A stretch of 64,000 nucleotides of DNA from Clostridia bacterium. GTDB taxonomy: Bacteria > Bacillota > Clostridia > UBA1212. The stretch is from NCBI GenBank assembly GCA_017444825.1, contig JAFSVU010000004.1, positions 59,025-123,024 on the forward strand, in the 5' to 3' direction. A program made the translations under genes and the position numbers. Below the pieces are notes generated by a model. That model worked only from the letters and a program-made list of their open reading frames with translations, searched no databases and was not told the DNA's origin. This document shows positions 37,434 to 46,180 of this stretch, piece by piece (the first letter of the stretch is position 1; the number at the start of each line of letters is the position of its first letter).

Positions 37434-38903
37434 TCAAAAACTACTCTTCGAAGGCCCCATGTACTCAAGGCAGAGCATGGTCAGGTCGTCGAACTGCTCG
37501 GCACTTTTAACGAAGGCGTCCACGTCGCTGCGCACGTTGGCGAGGATGGTCTCGGGGTGCGCTTCCGGGTCCTTGTTCAGAGCCTCCAGCATCCTGTCCA
37601 AACCAAAAAGGTTCTTGTTGGCGTCCGTAGCCTCGGGCACACCGTCGGTGTAAAGGAAGAGCTTTGAGCCGGGCTCCATGTTGAGCTCGTATTCCTTGTA
37701 GCGGGCCTGGTCCATTCCGCCGATGACGAAGCCGTGCTTGTCCTTGACGATCTCAAAGGAGCCGTCAGCATGCTTCATGACGGGGTACTCGTGGCCTGCA
37801 TTGGCGGCGGTAAGCCTGCCTGTCGAGATCTCGAGGATGCCCAGCCAGACCGTCACGAACATCTCCTCACGGTTGTTGGCGCAGATGGCGGCATTGGCGT
37901 CGGTGAGTATCCGGGCGGGTGACTTTCCCAGCATCGCGTTGTTCGCAAGTATGATCTTCGAGGCCATCATAAACAGTGCCGCAGGAACGCCCTTTCCGGA
38001 CACGTCAGCCATAACTATGCAGAGATGGTCGTCGTCCACAAGGAAAAAGTCGTAGAAGTCGCCTCCTACCTCCTTGGCGGGGGCCATTGACGCGTAAACG
38101 TCGAAATCCGAGCGCTCGGGGAAAGCCGGGAAAATGCTGGGCAACATGTGCGCCTGGATGTTCGAAGCCATGTTGAGCTCCGCCTCGATGCGGGATGTCT
38201 CCAGCTTCTGCTGCTCGTACTTCTCGTTCTGGTTCTTGACGATGACCGAAAACATGAACACCGCGGCGCAGACAGTCGCAACAATGATGAACTGGATGCC
38301 GTAGGAGAAGCTCTGGATGAGTATCGCCAATACCGGCGCGACCATATATATCCAAAAGGCAATCCTGACTCTCCGGGAGATGTTCTTTCTGTGCCTAACC
38401 AGAAGCACCATGTCGAGCACCAGCATGAGTATAGGCACCAGGTTTGAGAGCAGGTAAAGGCCCGAACGGTGATAGACATTGGCGTCGTCGAAACGGTAGA
38501 TCAGGTCAAAGGGCCAGCCGATCAGCAGTATCACCGCGTGGAGGCCTGTCAGCGCAAGCAGCGAAATCTGAATGGGCTTGGCGAATTTTTCGGCCCTGGA
38601 GACTGTGAGAACGAGCAATGACATCATAAGCGCCATAAAGCCCGCCGCCAGCATCTCCGTGAAAGTGACTGTGTAAAGCGCCACCCTGATCCCGCCGCCC
38701 GGCCTGCCGTCCATGAGTTCCCTGGCGAGGTGTGCCGAGATGTACAGCATGATGAGGCCGAAGAAGACCTGGAAATAGATCCTGACCTCTTTTCTGATGT
38801 GAGTGGAGGAGGAGATGTGCAGGATGCAAAGCACGCACACGCCAATGCCTGCCGCAATGAATAATATATTGATCAAATTGACTGCAGAAAGCTGAAAATC
38901 CAT
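37434..38903 (-). CDS. Membrane-bound PP2C/SpoIIE-family serine phosphatase
   Basis: The N-terminal half has ~8 TM segments. The C-terminal half carries GGDFYDFF and ADVSGKGVPAALFM. RBS GGAG. Confidence 0.85.
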   Translation of the reverse strand: MDFQLSAVNLINILFIAAGIGVCVLCILHISSSTHIRKEVRIYFQVFFGLIMLYISAHLARELMDGRPGGGIRVALYTVTFTEMLAAGFMALMMSLLVLTVSRAEKFAKPIQISLLALTGLHAVILLIGWPFDLIYRFDDANVYHRSGLYLLSNLVPILMLVLDMVLLVRHRKNISRRVRIAFWIYMVAPVLAILIQSFSYGIQFIIVATVCAAVFMFSVIVKNQNEKYEQQKLETSRIEAELNMASNIQAHMLPSIFPAFPERSDFDVYASMAPAKEVGGDFYDFFLVDDDHLCIVMADVSGKGVPAALFMMASKIILANNAMLGKSPARILTDANAAICANNREEMFVTVWLGILEISTGRLTAANAGHEYPVMKHADGSFEIVKDKHGFVIGGMDQARYKEYELNMEPGSKLFLYTDGVPEATDANKNLFGLDRMLEALNKDPEAHPETILANVRSDVDAFVKSAEQFDDLTMLCLEYMGPSKSSF

Positions 38904-39002
38904 GTTGCGCTCCTGTTTACGGTTTGGTTTTTGTTATTCTACAGTTTTTGAGAGGGTTTTTCAATGGCGGAGAAAAGGTTTGTCACAAAATGCCGGCATA
39001 TT

Positions 39003-39203
39003 TCAGAAGCTCCCTCTTTTCGCCAGCAGTTCATATTTCTCCCTGATCAGGATCCGCTCCGCCATCTCTTTAACTTTCAGCTTGTCAGTCTTTTTCAGGC
39101 CTCTCATCAGATAAGCTAACGAGTCAGACTGGCCAAAAGAATCCCGAGTTTCTTTCAGTTCTACGATGTCTTTACTGGATTTTACTGTATTAAACTCTTT
39201 CAT
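39003..39203 (-). CDS. Hypothetical 66-aa protein downstream of the TIR-NACHT-LRR gene
   Basis: The ATG at 39203 lies 6 nt after a perfect GGAGG. A TATAAT (39257-39262, minus) lies upstream. No recognisable motif. Confidence 0.5.
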   Translation of the reverse strand: MKEFNTVKSSKDIVELKETRDSFGQSDSLAYLMRGLKKTDKLKVKEMAERILIREKYELLAKRGSF

Positions 39204-39321
39204 AATGATCCTCCTTTGTTGCCAACAGTTTTGTTGGTTTTTAACATATAGCTGCAATTATACTCTGATTTTGACAACTTTAATCTTGAGCAGTGTTTGT
39301 TGTTTTTCAAATTAACGCACT

Positions 39322-42300
39322 TCAACTGCCGGTGTAGATATAGATGATTTCTGCGTTGGCAAGGCATTCGTTTCCGGTTTCTACGTCAATACTCTGCCAC
39401 TGTTCTAACGATCCTTGGTAAAAGACTGACTGAAGCCCGATGCAATCCCAGAACGCTCCATGTCCGATTTCTGTAATTCCGGCATGCATTCCCACTCGTT
39501 TAAGCCCCGTGCAATATGAAAATGTTCTTGCGCTGATTACTTTTACTTTGCATGGTATGTCTATCTCTGTAAGCCCGGTGCAACCTGCAAATGCCCAGTC
39601 TCCGATTTCGGTAACACTGTCGGGTATTACTAAGCTTGTAAGTGCGGCGCAACCTGCAAATGCCCTATTCCCGATCTCGGTAACACTGTCGGGTATGGTT
39701 ACATTTTCAAGTTCTTTGCAACCGCGGAATGCACTGTCTCCGATTTTAGTCACACTGCCATCATCAGGTATAATACTATTTTTGCACCCTACAACCAGCT
39801 CTTTCGTATCCGCCTTTATAATACAATCATTTCGTTCATAATATCTCTCTGTTTTGGAATCAACAGATTGGACAGTTATTTTTTTGAGTTCCGTACAAAT
39901 CGAGAAGGCTCCGTATCCTATCTCAGACACACCGGCAGGTATGTCTATACTCGTAAGGCCTGTACATCCCGTGAATGCATTGGCTCCGATTTCCGTTCCG
40001 TCACCGGTTATCGCCAAAGTTATAAGCCCCGTGCAATTCTTGAACGCAAATTCCCAGATTTTTGTATCATCACTGTTTATCTCTAAACCGGTAAGTCCGG
40101 TACAGCCTTCAAACGCACTTTTCCCAATTTCTTTGATTTTCTCTGTTATTTGAATGTTGCTAAGCCCGGAACAACCGCTGAATGCGCTGTCACCGATCTT
40201 GGTCACACTGCCGTCATCAGGTATAATGCTATTTTTGCATCCGACTATCAACTCTTTCGTATCAGCCTTTATGATGCAATTATTTCGGCTATAGTATTTC
40301 CCAATTCCGGAGTTTACAGAATGAACCGTTAGTTTTTCGATTTCATTACAGCCAGCGAAAGCGCCGTATTCAATCTTCGTCACACTGTCAGGTATGTCCA
40401 AACTTGTAAGGCCGGTGCAACCGCTGAATGCACTTTGTCCGATTTCTGTTCCGCTGCCGGTTATCTCCACATTCGTAAGTTCATTGCAGTCGCTGAATGC
40501 AAAACCTCCGATTTTTGTTTTGTTGCCTGTTATCTCTATGCTCGTAAGGCCGGTGCAACCGCGGTATGCAGCATTAGTTATTTCTGTCCCGTTGCCGGTT
40601 ATTTTAACATCTGTGAGTGCTTTGTTATTACTGAAGGCTTCTTCTCCGATTCTTGTTCCGTTTCCGGTTATTTCTATGTGCTTAAGTCCTGTTGTGAATT
40701 CTGTATCAAAGCTCCAGCAGCCGAATGCTCTTCTTCCGATTTCGGTATTATTACCGTGTATTGTTATTTTTGTAAGGCTTCTGCAACCGCTTAATGCTGC
40801 TTCTCCAATTTTCGTAACCCTATCATGAATACCTATGCACGAGAGATTTGTGCAGCAAAAAAACGCATGTTCTCCGATTATTGTAACGGATCGGGGTATG
40901 TATATGCTCGTAAGACTTGTACGACCGCGGAAGGCAGATTCTTCAATTTGAGTGCCATTGCTTGTAATTCTATAAAGGCCTTTAAAAGTCGTGCACGAAG
41001 CTGCGTCCTTCATTTTTTCTACACAATCTTTAAAGCCAATCGCCTTTTTCCTGTCTTCGTATATTAAGGCCAGTTCAGAATGCATATTGTCGGAGAATAC
41101 AGCTTTCAGTTCTTTTAAAAGTTCTTTCCTCACATAGTTGTATTTCTTTAACCCCTTATGAAGATCAATTTTGTTCTCATTGCTCGTCTCTATATTGTCA
41201 AAAGAATCCTGAAGTATTTTATAAATTGCAGGAAAATAGAATAACTCGGTGTAAGGATTTGTCCCTTTCGCACATTTCCATGCAGGCTTGCCAAAACTTG
41301 AGTCCCATTTTTTCAATATTATGCTTCCGTCAAGATCCTCCACAGATACCGGAATTCGTTTGCGTTCTTTGAGGGAAAGCCCCGTAAGAATTCCTTCACA
41401 GCCTCGATCCATCATTCTTTCCAATATTTGGTTAATAGCCCGGTTTTTAATATGTGGCTTTTCAAACTGTGAAACCGCATCGCAAATAAGATCGTAATCA
41501 GGCTCATTTACCGACTGGAATCCCTCTACCAAAGACTCTGCGATATAGCTCTCCTTTGAATACTTGTCGCTGAGGAGAAGCAACGTCTTTTTAACGCTTT
41601 TCCAGTACTCAGAGTCAGATTTGGCTACTTCAAAGTCTTTGATCCTGACCGATTTATTTTTTATTGTTAGCCAAAGATATAGAGCATCTGAACTGGTTTC
41701 TCCATTTTTGGAATTGTCACCTTTGGCATTATTCTTGATCTCAGTCCACAAAAAATATGCAGCATAAGCCTCGGCAAAAAACTCGTGACTGAAACCGGTT
41801 TCATTACAAAGCTTGCTTTCCTCGAAAAACCGGTTAAACTTTTCCTTATACTTCGAATAATAATCCTCGTTAACTTCTTCGGCGCACCTTATAAGCATAT
41901 GCGAATCGATTTTCGGAAAAGGTTTATTGGCATCTTTCGCCCTGTAGATTTTATACGAAAGACATCCCAGGATCGATTTTATATCATCCTCGTTTATAAA
42001 CTCCCACCCGGTAGGGTTTTTATGCAATTCCCGATATATCACACTGTTTATGGCATACTCCACAGCGTCAAAACGAGTCTCCGGGAGGGAATCCTCCACG
42101 AGGGGATCGTAGGCGGTGAAGATCGTGAATAAAAAGAACGGGTTTCGCGATATGTCCTTGTAATCTTTGACCGTTTGCTCTTTTTCGTTTATTTTTTCGA
42201 AAAAAGTATCTTTTTTCTCATCCGATTCATGCCTGACATTGGCGAGCTTCAAAATATACTTGTCTCTCTTTTCATTGTCAAAATATTGGACCTTGTATCT

Positions 42301-43581
42301 TCTGACGAGAGTCATTGGCGTTTGGTCAATCATCATGTCGTTTACTGACGCCAATCGTTTCTGCCCCGGCCTTGAAGTAAACAATATATGCACTCCGGCG
42401 GTTTTGTGGTTCGAAATGAGGACGCTGTTGATCTTATCGACCAGAATATCCATGGTGCTTGCCGGGACCTCATCCATCGCGTCGAAAATGAATAAAGGCC
42501 TGCAGTTTCTCAGAACAGCTTCAAAACCCGGCTGGCTGAGGTCAATCCCCTTAAAGAGCGCTCTATAGAAGTCTTCGTCATTGGCGAGACTTTGGATAAA
42601 ATCCTTGCACTCGTAATACATCGGGAAAAACTCATTCTTTGAGAAACCGAGTTTTTTCGTTCTTTCGCCAAGGTCTATGCACAGTTTTTTGACCGCCAGC
42701 GACTTTCCCTGACCTGCATCGCCAACCAGCACCGCATACTTGTCTCTCATCAGCTGCTCCCTAAGATTTTCATCCTCGAACAGCTCTTTAGGAAGTTCTT
42801 CATGCTTTTCCCGGGCGGTCTTTATTTCTTCATCCGTATGAAGTCTTTCCAGCGTCACCGGCACATAGGTTCCCTCAATCGTAAGACCCGAATCGTCAAA
42901 CCCTTCTCCCGGAATGAATATTGCGTTTCGCTTTTTCTTCTGCGCATCAAGTACGTCGGCATAGTAACCGACCTCTGATTTTTCAAACAGCCTGTCAAAA
43001 ATAACGTCGGCGAAACTGCTCAAAGCTTCATCGTCAATATCCAGTGTCTTTAATTTCACGCCCTGGGACCTTCTGAGATAAAGCTTTACCTTTTCAAGAT
43101 CCTCTTTGGCAACCTCTTCGGCCTTTTTCGAAAGTGCCTCGTCAAAATGGTCTTCGAGATCAGCCCCGCTCACAAGTTTAAGGAGCCGCTCCGCTTCATC
43201 CTTCGGATAATCTAACTTCTGAGTTGTTGAGTTGGTTTTAAAATCCAGAAATACAGGTACGACTCTTGCTCCGTTTTCGAGTGCCGTCAAATATTCAAAC
43301 AGGCAAAAGTCTTTGTCGAGATCGCGGTTGCTTTCGGGGCCGAAGCTGATATAACTATCGGTGACCACAGGCATGAAAACATACGCACCACCGGCACTTT
43401 TTCTGAGATTTTCCACAAAATCACCGCTGCGCAATTCATTCTTATCGTAAAAAACATGAAGTCCTGTCTCAGCTTTTATTCTATTTATAAAGGAATTGAA
43501 AACCTCCTCCGTAGCGGCTTCCTTGTCGCCCCAGCGGTAGCTCAGAAATATATGGTATTGTCTGTCGTCAGTTGAGCTCAT
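39322..43581 (-). CDS. TIR-NACHT(STAND NTPase)-LRR (BspA/LRR_5-type) protein, 1419 aa; candidate NLR-like defence protein
   Basis: TIR elements are YHIFLSYRWGD, HVFYD and DFCLFEY. Walker A is VLVGDAGQGKS (nt 42700-42723), Walker B is LFIFDAMDEV (nt 42466-42495), and the NACHT-like ILFTSRP follows. Residues ~875-1419 are tandem repeats of the ..VTKIGDSAFSGCTGLTSI.IP.. type. Confidence 0.9.
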   Translation of the reverse strand: MSSTDDRQYHIFLSYRWGDKEAATEEVFNSFINRIKAETGLHVFYDKNELRSGDFVENLRKSAGGAYVFMPVVTDSYISFGPESNRDLDKDFCLFEYLTALENGARVVPVFLDFKTNSTTQKLDYPKDEAERLLKLVSGADLEDHFDEALSKKAEEVAKEDLEKVKLYLRRSQGVKLKTLDIDDEALSSFADVIFDRLFEKSEVGYYADVLDAQKKKRNAIFIPGEGFDDSGLTIEGTYVPVTLERLHTDEEIKTAREKHEELPKELFEDENLREQLMRDKYAVLVGDAGQGKSLAVKKLCIDLGERTKKLGFSKNEFFPMYYECKDFIQSLANDEDFYRALFKGIDLSQPGFEAVLRNCRPLFIFDAMDEVPASTMDILVDKINSVLISNHKTAGVHILFTSRPGQKRLASVNDMMIDQTPMTLVRRYKVQYFDNEKRDKYILKLANVRHESDEKKDTFFEKINEKEQTVKDYKDISRNPFFLFTIFTAYDPLVEDSLPETRFDAVEYAINSVIYRELHKNPTGWEFINEDDIKSILGCLSYKIYRAKDANKPFPKIDSHMLIRCAEEVNEDYYSKYKEKFNRFFEESKLCNETGFSHEFFAEAYAAYFLWTEIKNNAKGDNSKNGETSSDALYLWLTIKNKSVRIKDFEVAKSDSEYWKSVKKTLLLLSDKYSKESYIAESLVEGFQSVNEPDYDLICDAVSQFEKPHIKNRAINQILERMMDRGCEGILTGLSLKERKRIPVSVEDLDGSIILKKWDSSFGKPAWKCAKGTNPYTELFYFPAIYKILQDSFDNIETSNENKIDLHKGLKKYNYVRKELLKELKAVFSDNMHSELALIYEDRKKAIGFKDCVEKMKDAASCTTFKGLYRITSNGTQIEESAFRGRTSLTSIYIPRSVTIIGEHAFFCCTNLSCIGIHDRVTKIGEAALSGCRSLTKITIHGNNTEIGRRAFGCWSFDTEFTTGLKHIEITGNGTRIGEEAFSNNKALTDVKITGNGTEITNAAYRGCTGLTSIEITGNKTKIGGFAFSDCNELTNVEITGSGTEIGQSAFSGCTGLTSLDIPDSVTKIEYGAFAGCNEIEKLTVHSVNSGIGKYYSRNNCIIKADTKELIVGCKNSIIPDDGSVTKIGDSAFSGCSGLSNIQITEKIKEIGKSAFEGCTGLTGLEINSDDTKIWEFAFKNCTGLITLAITGDGTEIGANAFTGCTGLTSIDIPAGVSEIGYGAFSICTELKKITVQSVDSKTERYYERNDCIIKADTKELVVGCKNSIIPDDGSVTKIGDSAFRGCKELENVTIPDSVTEIGNRAFAGCAALTSLVIPDSVTEIGDWAFAGCTGLTEIDIPCKVKVISARTFSYCTGLKRVGMHAGITEIGHGAFWDCIGLQSVFYQGSLEQWQSIDVETGNECLANAEIIYIYTGS

Positions 43582-43715
43582 TGGTCCCTCGAAATGTTGT
43601 TACCTTATTTACTTGTCGTTAAAAGACATCATTATCAACATGTTCAATTGTAGCATAATCTCTTATTGAAGAATACTCCTATTTTAAGCAAAGGCAGAGA
43701 CTTAGACTTCCTGTC

Positions 43716-43807
43716 AGTTTACCCGCGTTAAAAAAACGTGTCAATATCAAAAATGAAGTTTCTCGCCTTGGTGTCGACCATAGCCGACAGTAAAACGCAA
43801 AAACTTC
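43716..43807 (-). promoter_or_regulatory. Promoter plus conserved upstream module R1 (in front of the TIR-NACHT-LRR gene)
   Basis: On the minus strand, TTGACA (43739-43744) is followed by 17 nt and TAAACT (43716-43721). The 70 nt from the -35 upward (43738-43807) match 46897-46966 at 61/70 positions by manual alignment. GTGTCAAT-like boxes lie at 43738 and 43771, 33 bp apart. Confidence 0.55.
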
Positions 43808-43847
43808 ATTCAGGTTTCAAAATACACATCCGCAAGAAAGGTTTCTA

Positions 43848-44045
43848 TTATTTCTTCCGCCTCCCGAAAATCGGTGAAACGATATCGGCTCTTCCCGAAC
43901 CAACGTCAACCGCAACGTCATCCGCGACCTTTACCCTCGTTTTTCCGTTTTTACCAAGAATAATGCCACCCGAGAATTCATATTCGACTTCGCCGGTCCT
44001 CCAATTCAGGACAGGCTTAAAAGGATCGTTTTTATCGTTTTTCAT
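43848..44045 (-). CDS. Hypothetical 65-aa protein
   Basis: The ORF has an AAGGAA RBS-like sequence before its ATG. No motif was recognised. Confidence 0.35.
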   Translation of the reverse strand: MKNDKNDPFKPVLNWRTGEVEYEFSGGIILGKNGKTRVKVADDVAVDVGSGRADIVSPIFGRRKK

Positions 44046-44096
44046 TTTCCTTCATCAATCAGTTCTTCTATCTTTTTCATTGCTTCTTCTTTATCC

Positions 44097-44444
44097 TTAC
44101 TGCCGCGGATCATTTCCAGGATCAGCTTCAAAACTTATCCACATGGCGGGCCTCACACCATATTCCCAGTCACAGTACATCCCGCTTGGACGAACTCCGC
44201 CATCATCAGCAACAGTTGCCGCAGGAAAACAGCGGCCATTCGGAACTGCTCCGGAAGACCGTAACCACCACCGACAGTGAGAGTTTCCGTAGGGCTTATA
44301 TTCGACTCCCTCATCTGTCTCAACACCTTTCATTTTAGCATTGGCCGTAGGCAGACACAATCTGGCTTCATTGCTTTCAAAAAGAGTTTTGGCCTCTTTG
44401 ACGCTGAGAAGAAACACTTTATCGATCGTGTCGCTGTTCGACAC
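44097..44444 (-). pseudogene. 5'-truncated paralogue of the 46181-46840 gene (C-terminal WWLRS/DUF6273-like domain only)
   Basis: 44137-44436 aligns without gaps to 46197-46496. Homology stops abruptly at 44436/46496. Only a GTG is available as a start, there is no RBS, and about 105 N-terminal codons are missing. Confidence 0.65.
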
Positions 44445-44546
44445 CTAAACAGATTTTTAATGTTTTTTTGAAAAACCAGCGGTTTTATCCGAACATCTCT
44501 TGATTTGCATCCCACTTCAAGTGCTCATAAGGCCTAGGAATTACGC

Positions 44547-45203
44547 TTATCTTATCTTCCACACGAATGTCAAGAGTGCATAGTCTGAACCGCAATCGAT
44601 GTTATCTTTGTCAAATACTATGGTATTATAGATATATTCATCACACGTCAAGTCGGTCTTATCGCTAAAGTACTTTTCATTTTTGAATGAGTCAAGTACC
44701 TCTTGCTTCTTTTTATTCTCAGTCCACACATCAGCAAGGATAACACCATATATGCTGAAATTCTCTAACCAATCAAGCTTGGCAAATCTCTTGTCCTTTT
44801 CGATGTCCTTTGCAAACTGTTTTATTCTTATGATGTCTTTGGTAATAGCGTTACTTTTTCCGGTTGTGTTCGTAAAGCGTTTCGACTCTATGACAAACAG
44901 GTTTTTTTCTGTTTTATCAATTATGATACAATCGAGGTGGTTGTTCTTTTTCTCGTCAATGAAATCAGCCGCACCTGGCTGTTCATTCTTATCGTCTTGA
45001 TCCGCCTCTTTCTTTGAAAACTGTAGCTCGTACCAGCTTAAAACATCTCTATTGGGAAAGGCATCTTTATATGCTTCCGCAAAATTTACAGTCAGATTAC
45101 GCTCTTGAAGACCGGTTGAACCGATTGAAGGATAGAAAGTCGTCAGAATGCGATTATATCGATTTCTGTAGTTTTCAAAGACTGCGTTTGTCAATATTTC
45201 CAT
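44547..45203 (-). CDS. Predicted PD-(D/E)xK-fold nuclease (hypothetical, 218 aa)
   Basis: Start set at ATG 45203, after GAGGGAAAA; the longer ORF would need a TTG start. The motif LDCIIID-x12-FVIESKR matches a D...ExK pattern, preceded by conserved acidic residues. Confidence 0.6.
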   Translation of the reverse strand: MEILTNAVFENYRNRYNRILTTFYPSIGSTGLQERNLTVNFAEAYKDAFPNRDVLSWYELQFSKKEADQDDKNEQPGAADFIDEKKNNHLDCIIIDKTEKNLFVIESKRFTNTTGKSNAITKDIIRIKQFAKDIEKDKRFAKLDWLENFSIYGVILADVWTENKKKQEVLDSFKNEKYFSDKTDLTCDEYIYNTIVFDKDNIDCGSDYALLTFVWKIR

Positions 45204-45238
45204 TTTTCCCTCGTGTTTACTCAAGTTTTTAGTGTAGT

Positions 45239-46102
45239 TCAATTCATGTTATAACCATTTTCTTTAGTTTGGAACACTTCTTTCCAATAACTTTCACGAG
45301 CTATAATAATATGAGAATCCGTGTTTTTGTTAAATGTCTCTATTATAGTAAACTCAAAATTTTCTTGGAAATACGATTCTCCAACGCGATTGTATAATTC
45401 AATAAGAGCTTTATTCCTTCCGTGCATTGAATCTATGTAGTCGGACCACCTTTGAAGTATACCTTCTTCTCCATACGCCGAACCAATGTAAAACTTACTT
45501 TCTTTTTTATCTGTTAAACAATAGACACCTTTAACACCTTGAAGAGCAGATCTATAATCTGCGTACTTATGCCCTTCAAGAATGTGTTTTAAGGTGGAGT
45601 AAGAAAGATGAACACTATCAAAACCTTGGAATTTGATAGGCTCATAGACGTTTGGAAGAATCTCGGAAACTTCTGCCTCGTCTATTACTGTTGCCAAGTC
45701 AAAAATGTAACGCGCAAATTTATTGCCTTTATGATAGCTGATTATCAATCTGCCTATCAGCCCCTGATAAGCTTCTAACTCAACATGGCCACATGCCCCA
45801 CTATTATTTCTATCCGGAATAGAAGTTATTTCGCCCGCCGAAACCAACAACCACTTATCATCATGTTCTTGAAGCCTTACAAAGCCAAAGCACCATTGGC
45901 CAACTCTTGTGAAGTTTCTATTCCTTCCGTGCACTCCTTGGTGTGAGTGATATGTAAAATCAACATTCCTGTTTTGCTCGTCACTTTCATACCAAATCTC
46001 GAAATGGGTTTTCCCTCCCCATTGCATGTTCAAACCTATTTTTGAATTTGCGATTTGTTCGCTGTTCAAGTGCAAGATATCGTTGAGCATTATTTTTGTC
46101 AT
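45239..46102 (-). CDS. GIY-YIG nuclease-domain protein with uncharacterised ~190-aa N-terminal domain
   Basis: The C-terminal segment GVYCLTDKKESKFYIGSAYGEEGILQRWSDY...ARESYWKEVF...GYN fits GIY-x10-YIG, Arg, Glu and Asn. RBS AGGAG lies 7 nt before the ATG. Confidence 0.8.
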   Translation of the reverse strand: MTKIMLNDILHLNSEQIANSKIGLNMQWGGKTHFEIWYESDEQNRNVDFTYHSHQGVHGRNRNFTRVGQWCFGFVRLQEHDDKWLLVSAGEITSIPDRNNSGACGHVELEAYQGLIGRLIISYHKGNKFARYIFDLATVIDEAEVSEILPNVYEPIKFQGFDSVHLSYSTLKHILEGHKYADYRSALQGVKGVYCLTDKKESKFYIGSAYGEEGILQRWSDYIDSMHGRNKALIELYNRVGESYFQENFEFTIIETFNKNTDSHIIIARESYWKEVFQTKENGYNMN

Positions 46103-46180
46103 AATATTCTCCTTGTTCTATTTTAAGGCAAAAGCACATTCATCGCTTGTTGCTTTCTCGTTTAGTAAGCGATAAAAAGC

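Noticed and set aside
38944-38956. gtttttgagaggg at the left edge of the island resembles the core of the 23-bp repeat (gtttttgagg), possibly an att-like direct repeat
   Set aside because: The match is only ~10-12 nt of T-rich similarity with an indel, too weak to call. It is mentioned under the repeat finding as something to test.
38990-38999. The perfect 10-bp palindrome ATGCCGGCAT just downstream of the 66-aa ORF, considered as a terminator or island-end site
   Set aside because: It has no loop, so it cannot form a stable hairpin. It is followed only by tttgtg, and a single short palindrome is within chance expectation.
43738-44280. A 180-aa plus-strand ORF that starts inside promoter module R1. 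The short MKF... peptide is also readable in R2 (46912-46971).
   Set aside because: The ORF spans an intergenic region, an opposite-strand small ORF and the truncated pseudogene. The R2 version stops after 19 codons. Conservation is better explained at the DNA (promoter/operator) level.
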